Source of the DNA: Candidatus Eiseniibacteriota bacterium | GTDB lineage: Bacteria > Eisenbacteria > RBG-16-71-46 > CAIMUX01 > VGJL01 | Length of the DNA: 64,000 bases | NCBI GenBank assembly: GCA_963792585.1 | Contig: CAWBWI010000001.1 | Location: forward strand, 1,088,001-1,152,000 | Reading direction: 5' to 3' | Program-made: the position numbers and the translations under genes | The notes under the pieces: generated by a model | The model's input: only the letters and a program-made list of their open reading frames with translations | Database searches by the model: none | What the model was told of the DNA's origin: nothing | Shown: positions 59,844 to 64,000 of the stretch, one piece after another | How positions within the stretch are numbered: position 1 is the stretch's first letter | How the letters are laid out: every line of letters starts with the position of its first letter

Positions 59844-61292
59844 ATGGACACGAAACATTTCCTGACAGCGGTGGGAGTCGCGATCCTTGCCGTCCTCCCG
59901 GTTTGCTCTTCCGGGTCGACCACCTACTTGCTCCGGCTCGGCGGGGCGCGGATCGGGACCCTGGAGCGCATGGTGGAGGGTCCCGACACGGGGAGGATGA
60001 CCGTACGGGAACGCACGCGAATTCGCATGTCCCGGGGGGATCGGTCGATCGAGATGGGCGAGGACCTCACCTGGACCGAGTCGGAAGGCTCGGGATTGGA
60101 GAGCTTCGGCGTCGAGCGAAGCGGTTTCGGTCCCGATCGATGGTCGGACGACTTCCGGCGTGCCGGCTCGGGTTGGAGATGGAGGCGGAGTCGCTCGCGG
60201 GGCGGACCCAGCAAGGTCGACACGGTGCTTTGCGGCCGACTCAGCGGGCCGATTGCCATCGATCGTTCCTTCACGGAATCCCCCGACACGGTCAGGATCC
60301 GGACCCTGGACCCCACGACAACCGAACCGGCGACCTATTTCGCGCACTTCCTGCGGGCCGATACCCTTACCTCCCGGGACGCGCGCGTCGCATGTCGCGT
60401 CTATGTCCTGCGGGATTCATCCGGAACTTCGCCCGAGGTGCTCCAGTGGCGCGACGACCGGGGCGGGGTGTGGAAGGAGAACGATCCGACCCTTGGGTGG
60501 ACTTCCGAGCGGATCGAACTCGCGCCCGGGCGGGTCGGCGAAGCGGACCTCGACGTCATGGCGTGGATCTCGATTCCCCTGGAAGGGAAGTTCCAGGGCG
60601 GGACCGACTGCACGCTCGTCGTCGAGCGCGTCGATGGCGGAGAGCCGGCGGACACCACCCCACCCATCCCGGACGGCGTGGGCCAACGGGTTGTCCCCAA
60701 CGTGCCCGGCAACGTCTGGAAGGTCGTTCGCCGCCAGGATACCCGGATCTCCCCGGAACGCTCGATGGACCGCACGCTCTGGCGGGCTGATCCCGAACTC
60801 GCCGGAGCGCTGGAGCCGGGGCTCATCGTCGACGCAGGAGACCCATCGATCCATGCGTTTGCCGAACGGGCGGCAGCCGGCGCCAAGACCCCGGCGGCGG
60901 AGGCCCTCGCCCTGGAGCGGGCCGTGCGCACCGCAATCCGAACGCGTGACCTGGGGACGGTTTTCGGAACCGCCTCCCAGACCCTGCGCGACGGCCGCGG
61001 CGACTGCACCGAACATGCGGTCCTACTGGCGGCCTGCTGCCGGGCCCGCGGAATCCCGGCCCGTCTCGTGGCCGGCATCGTCCCGAACGGAGCCCAAATG
61101 AGCTTCCACCTCTGGACCGAAGTCTACCTCGGCAGTTGGATTCCGCTCGATGCCACCCGCGGGATAGGATCGATCGACCCATGCGCCGTGGCGCTCCAAC
61201 GTTGGACGCAACCGGAGGACGGGCTCGCCGGCTTCCAGGTTTCCCTCGAGCGGATGACGGCCGGCTATCGATTCCGTTTCGCGGAGGAATGA
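59844..61292 (+). CDS. Secreted transglutaminase-like domain protein (intact Cys-His-Asp)
   Basis: Signal peptide; GDCTEHAVLLAA, GIPARLVAG, FHLWTEVY and WIPLDAT motifs. Confidence 0.85.
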   Translation: MDTKHFLTAVGVAILAVLPVCSSGSTTYLLRLGGARIGTLERMVEGPDTGRMTVRERTRIRMSRGDRSIEMGEDLTWTESEGSGLESFGVERSGFGPDRWSDDFRRAGSGWRWRRSRSRGGPSKVDTVLCGRLSGPIAIDRSFTESPDTVRIRTLDPTTTEPATYFAHFLRADTLTSRDARVACRVYVLRDSSGTSPEVLQWRDDRGGVWKENDPTLGWTSERIELAPGRVGEADLDVMAWISIPLEGKFQGGTDCTLVVERVDGGEPADTTPPIPDGVGQRVVPNVPGNVWKVVRRQDTRISPERSMDRTLWRADPELAGALEPGLIVDAGDPSIHAFAERAAAGAKTPAAEALALERAVRTAIRTRDLGTVFGTASQTLRDGRGDCTEHAVLLAACCRARGIPARLVAGIVPNGAQMSFHLWTEVYLGSWIPLDATRGIGSIDPCAVALQRWTQPEDGLAGFQVSLERMTAGYRFRFAEE

Positions 61293-62590
61293 TGCGGATC
61301 CCTTCGACCATCCTGTCGCTTCTCACCCTCTCCGTCCTGATCACGGTCAGTGCGGAAACCGCACGCGCCTACGAACCGGACGAGGTGCGCGCGATCCTCG
61401 GCGTTCGACCGCGATCGCTTGGGCCGTCCGTCGAAGGGATCGTGCTGGCGTCCCAGAGGACCTTCTCCGTCCAGAGCAACGGAAACTCGGAGATGCGTGA
61501 GCACCGGCTCGTCCTGGTCGGGCCGGCCGCCCGGGAGCGAGCGATCGAGATGCGATGGTCGTTCCGTCCCGGTCTGGATGGCTTTCGCCTGCTCGTCGGC
61601 CGTGTCCACCACGCCGATGGGAAGTTCGACGACCTTCGGGCCGACACCGCCCGGGTGGAAGCGCACCGCGCCGCCGGCCCGGACGGCTATCCGGGCATAT
61701 CCGACTGGGTGGTTCGCGCGGCCCCCGTCGTCCCCGGGGACGTCCTCGAGGTGAAGATGGCCTGCGTGTCGCGACGACTCGACGATGCGACCGAGATCTG
61801 TGGAGAGTACTGCTTCGCCGATGCCGACTCCGTGATCGAGAGCGAGCTGAACCTCGTCTTCCCCTCCAGCCTGACCATGCTCGCCTGGGGCTTCGGCGGG
61901 CTGCCGAACGCCTCACGCTCGATGGAGGGCAACAACCTCTCCTTTCGATGGCTGGTCGGGCACCTGCCCCCCTTGCGACCCGTCGCGCGGACGGCCGCGT
62001 CGGCAATCGGAGGGGCTCTTCCCGATTCCCTCTCCCCCCCGACCCTCTTCTTCGCGTTCCAGACGGAGTGGGCGGCCGTCGTGGAGGCCCGGACACGCTT
62101 CTGGCGTCGCGGTTTCCAGCAAACCCCTCCGGAGTTGATGGAGCAGATGCGGCGGATCCTCGAATCGACGGGAAGCCCCGAGGAACGACGGGACGCGGCC
62201 GTGACCTGGCTTCGCGAGAGGCTGCGCACGCTCGACCTTCCCGCCGCGCGGGGCTGGTACGAGCCGGAGGAACCGGCCGCCGTCCTGGAGCGACAGGACG
62301 CGATCCCGCGCGACCGCGCGATGCTCCTCGTCTGGCTCCTGCGCCACGTCGGGATCGCCGCGGATGCCGTCACGGTCCGATCGCGCCCCGGAGCCTCCAC
62401 GGAGGTGCCCATGCCCCAGCAGTTCGATCTCTGGTTGGTGCGGACGCGGATTGGTTCCTCCGATCCCGTTTGGATCGATCTCCGGGACGAGGTCGACACG
62501 CCGCGTTCGGTCCCGGCGGGACCGGGGGTTGTCTGGACTTCCGAGGATCCCGATACGCCGCTCGCGGAATTCCCCGGTTTCCAGCGCTAG
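61289..62590 (+). CDS. Secreted DUF3857-like / degenerate transglutaminase-fold protein
   Basis: Signal peptide; ATGA overlap; PVVPGDVLE; PAAVLERQDAIPRDRAMLL..LLRHVGI.A (no Cys); QFD; WID. Confidence 0.65.
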   Translation: MMRIPSTILSLLTLSVLITVSAETARAYEPDEVRAILGVRPRSLGPSVEGIVLASQRTFSVQSNGNSEMREHRLVLVGPAARERAIEMRWSFRPGLDGFRLLVGRVHHADGKFDDLRADTARVEAHRAAGPDGYPGISDWVVRAAPVVPGDVLEVKMACVSRRLDDATEICGEYCFADADSVIESELNLVFPSSLTMLAWGFGGLPNASRSMEGNNLSFRWLVGHLPPLRPVARTAASAIGGALPDSLSPPTLFFAFQTEWAAVVEARTRFWRRGFQQTPPELMEQMRRILESTGSPEERRDAAVTWLRERLRTLDLPAARGWYEPEEPAAVLERQDAIPRDRAMLLVWLLRHVGIAADAVTVRSRPGASTEVPMPQQFDLWLVRTRIGSSDPVWIDLRDEVDTPRSVPAGPGVVWTSEDPDTPLAEFPGFQR

Positions 62591-62626
62591 GTCACGGTTT
62601 CCGTTCGTGATCCGGCTTGTCTGATG

Positions 62627-62635
62627 TGGTATAAT
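62627..62635 (+). promoter_or_regulatory. Extended -10 promoter upstream of the S8 peptidase
   Basis: TG-G-TATAAT, ~115 nt before the ATG at 62751. Confidence 0.55.
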
Positions 62636-62750
62636 TACCCAGCATGATGCGCCGGGCACGCCGTCGCAGCGAGGCCCAACCCGGCAGGCGGACCGGCACG
62701 AAGTCGGTCGGCGGATGGCTCACGCCCCCGAGGGGGGAGGAGATGACAAC

Positions 62751-64000
62751 ATGAGATCAGTGCGCTGGATCGCCTTGGCCGGGCTGTTGATGCTCGCAAC
62801 CACGGCCATGGCCGGCACGATTCATCCTGCGCTCCAGGCAGAGATGGATCGGACCGCCGCTAATCGCCCGATCAGCGTCATCGTCAACATGACGGAGCAG
62901 GCGCCGATCCCCAGCATGAACCAGGACTTCAACAATCGTCAGGTGCCCCGCATCGATCGGCACCGCGAGGTCGTGAGCGCTTTGCGGCAGACAGCGCGCA
63001 CGTCGCAGCCTTCCTTGATCTCGTACCTCGACGCCCGCATCAGCGAGGGCGGCGTGGTCGGTTACACGAGCTACTGGATCGGGAACCTCATCGTCGTGCA
63101 GGCGACCGCCGCGGAAATCCGCACGATCGCTGCCCGGGCCGATGTGGACGTGATCGAGCCGAACTTCACCGTGAGCTTGATCGAGCCGATCGGAATCCAC
63201 GTCCCGCGCATCACCGACGCGGACGGCGTTACCGACGGCCCGCGCGCCATCGGTGTCCCGCCGGGGATACGCGCGATCAATGTCCCGCAGGTGTGGTACC
63301 AGTTGGGATACACCGGCGCCGGCCGCCTCGTCGCGAACCTCGACACCGGCGTCGACGGCAACCATCCCGCGCTCAACACGCGTTGGCGCGGATATCAGGG
63401 GCAGCATCCGTGGCAGGAGTGCTGGCTCGACCTGATCGGGACGAACACCCAGTTCCCCGTCGACACCTACGGTCACGGCACCCACGTGATGGGCACCATG
63501 ACGGGCCTCGCGCCAAACGACTCGATCGGCTGTTCCCCCGCGGCCAAGTGGATCGCCTGCAACGCGATCAACCAGGGTGTGGGTAGCGGGTTCGACAGCG
63601 ACATCATCACGGCCCTCCAGTGGTTCGCCGACCCGGACGGAAACCCGAACACGGTCGACGACGTACCCGACTGCGTCCAGAACTCCTGGGGCATCAACGA
63701 GGGATTCAGCGGATCACCCCCTACACCGACTGCGACACGCGCTGGTGGAACGCCATCGACAACTGCGAGGCCTCCGGCGTGGTGATCACCTGGTCGGCCG
63801 GCAACGAGGGCCCCGGTGGAACCTCGCTTCGCTCGCCGGCGGATCGCGCCACCACCCTCTACAACGTCTACTCCGTCGGCGCCGTGGACGCGACGAACTG
63901 GCAGAACTTCCCCTATCCGATCGCGAGCTTCTCGAGCCGCGGCCCCACGGGCTGCAACGTTCCGGCCGACCGGAAGATCAAGCCCGAGGTCTGCGCGCCC
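62751..64000 (+). CDS. Secreted S8 (subtilisin/bacillopeptidase F-like) serine peptidase, 3'-truncated, frameshift near 63720
   Basis: RBS GGAGGAG; signal peptide; propeptide; LDTGVD and HGTHVMG. After the C5 run at 63717-63721 the shifted frame gives SAGNEG, FSSRGP and KPEVCAP. Confidence 0.9.

Noticed and set aside
63715..63725. Programmed frameshift in the S8 peptidase (also at 24940, 47350, 55305)
   Set aside because: Single-base losses, mostly in short homopolymers, in otherwise intact genes. No slippery heptamer was seen, so sequencing error is the simpler explanation.

Overview
A GC-rich bacterial chromosome segment. Many secreted proteins end in a FlgD-Ig/T9SS-like C-terminal domain, and one ends in a 'SWGxI(K/R)' tail. 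This suggests an FCB-associated candidate lineage such as Eisenbacteria, Krumholzibacteria or Latescibacteria (inference). From left to right the window holds: (i) a secreted-protein cluster (DUF6599-like protein, two Tat-signal DUF362 proteins, a signal-peptide class II glutamine amidotransferase, a repeat/dockerin-like protein); (ii) tRNA-Glu, rarA and galE; (iii) an orphan strong promoter driving a ~140-nt rod-like RNA (6S-like), convergent with a PAS kinase / sigma54 activator / receiver / Lys-rich histone-like gene string; (iv) HIT and beta-CASP genes and a surface-glycan locus; (v) an SOS-box-preceded, double DUF222-like HNH nuclease whose 3' end runs into an 18-bp tandem array; (vi) an ArsR-controlled TolC/MFP/RND/DUF2892/PII-like operon; (vii) convergent gltX and glnS, a 4Fe-4S/HMA trio, and an 11-subunit complex I operon (nuoABCDHIJKLMN, no nuoEFG); (viii) TrmH, PP2C, MFS, a hyper-acidic microprotein, a transglutaminase-like pair and a truncated S8 peptidase. 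Dense frameshifts at 29.4-33.2 kb and 47.3-51.6 kb, plus single ones elsewhere, look like long-read consensus errors. All family calls come from motif recognition by eye; no searches were run.
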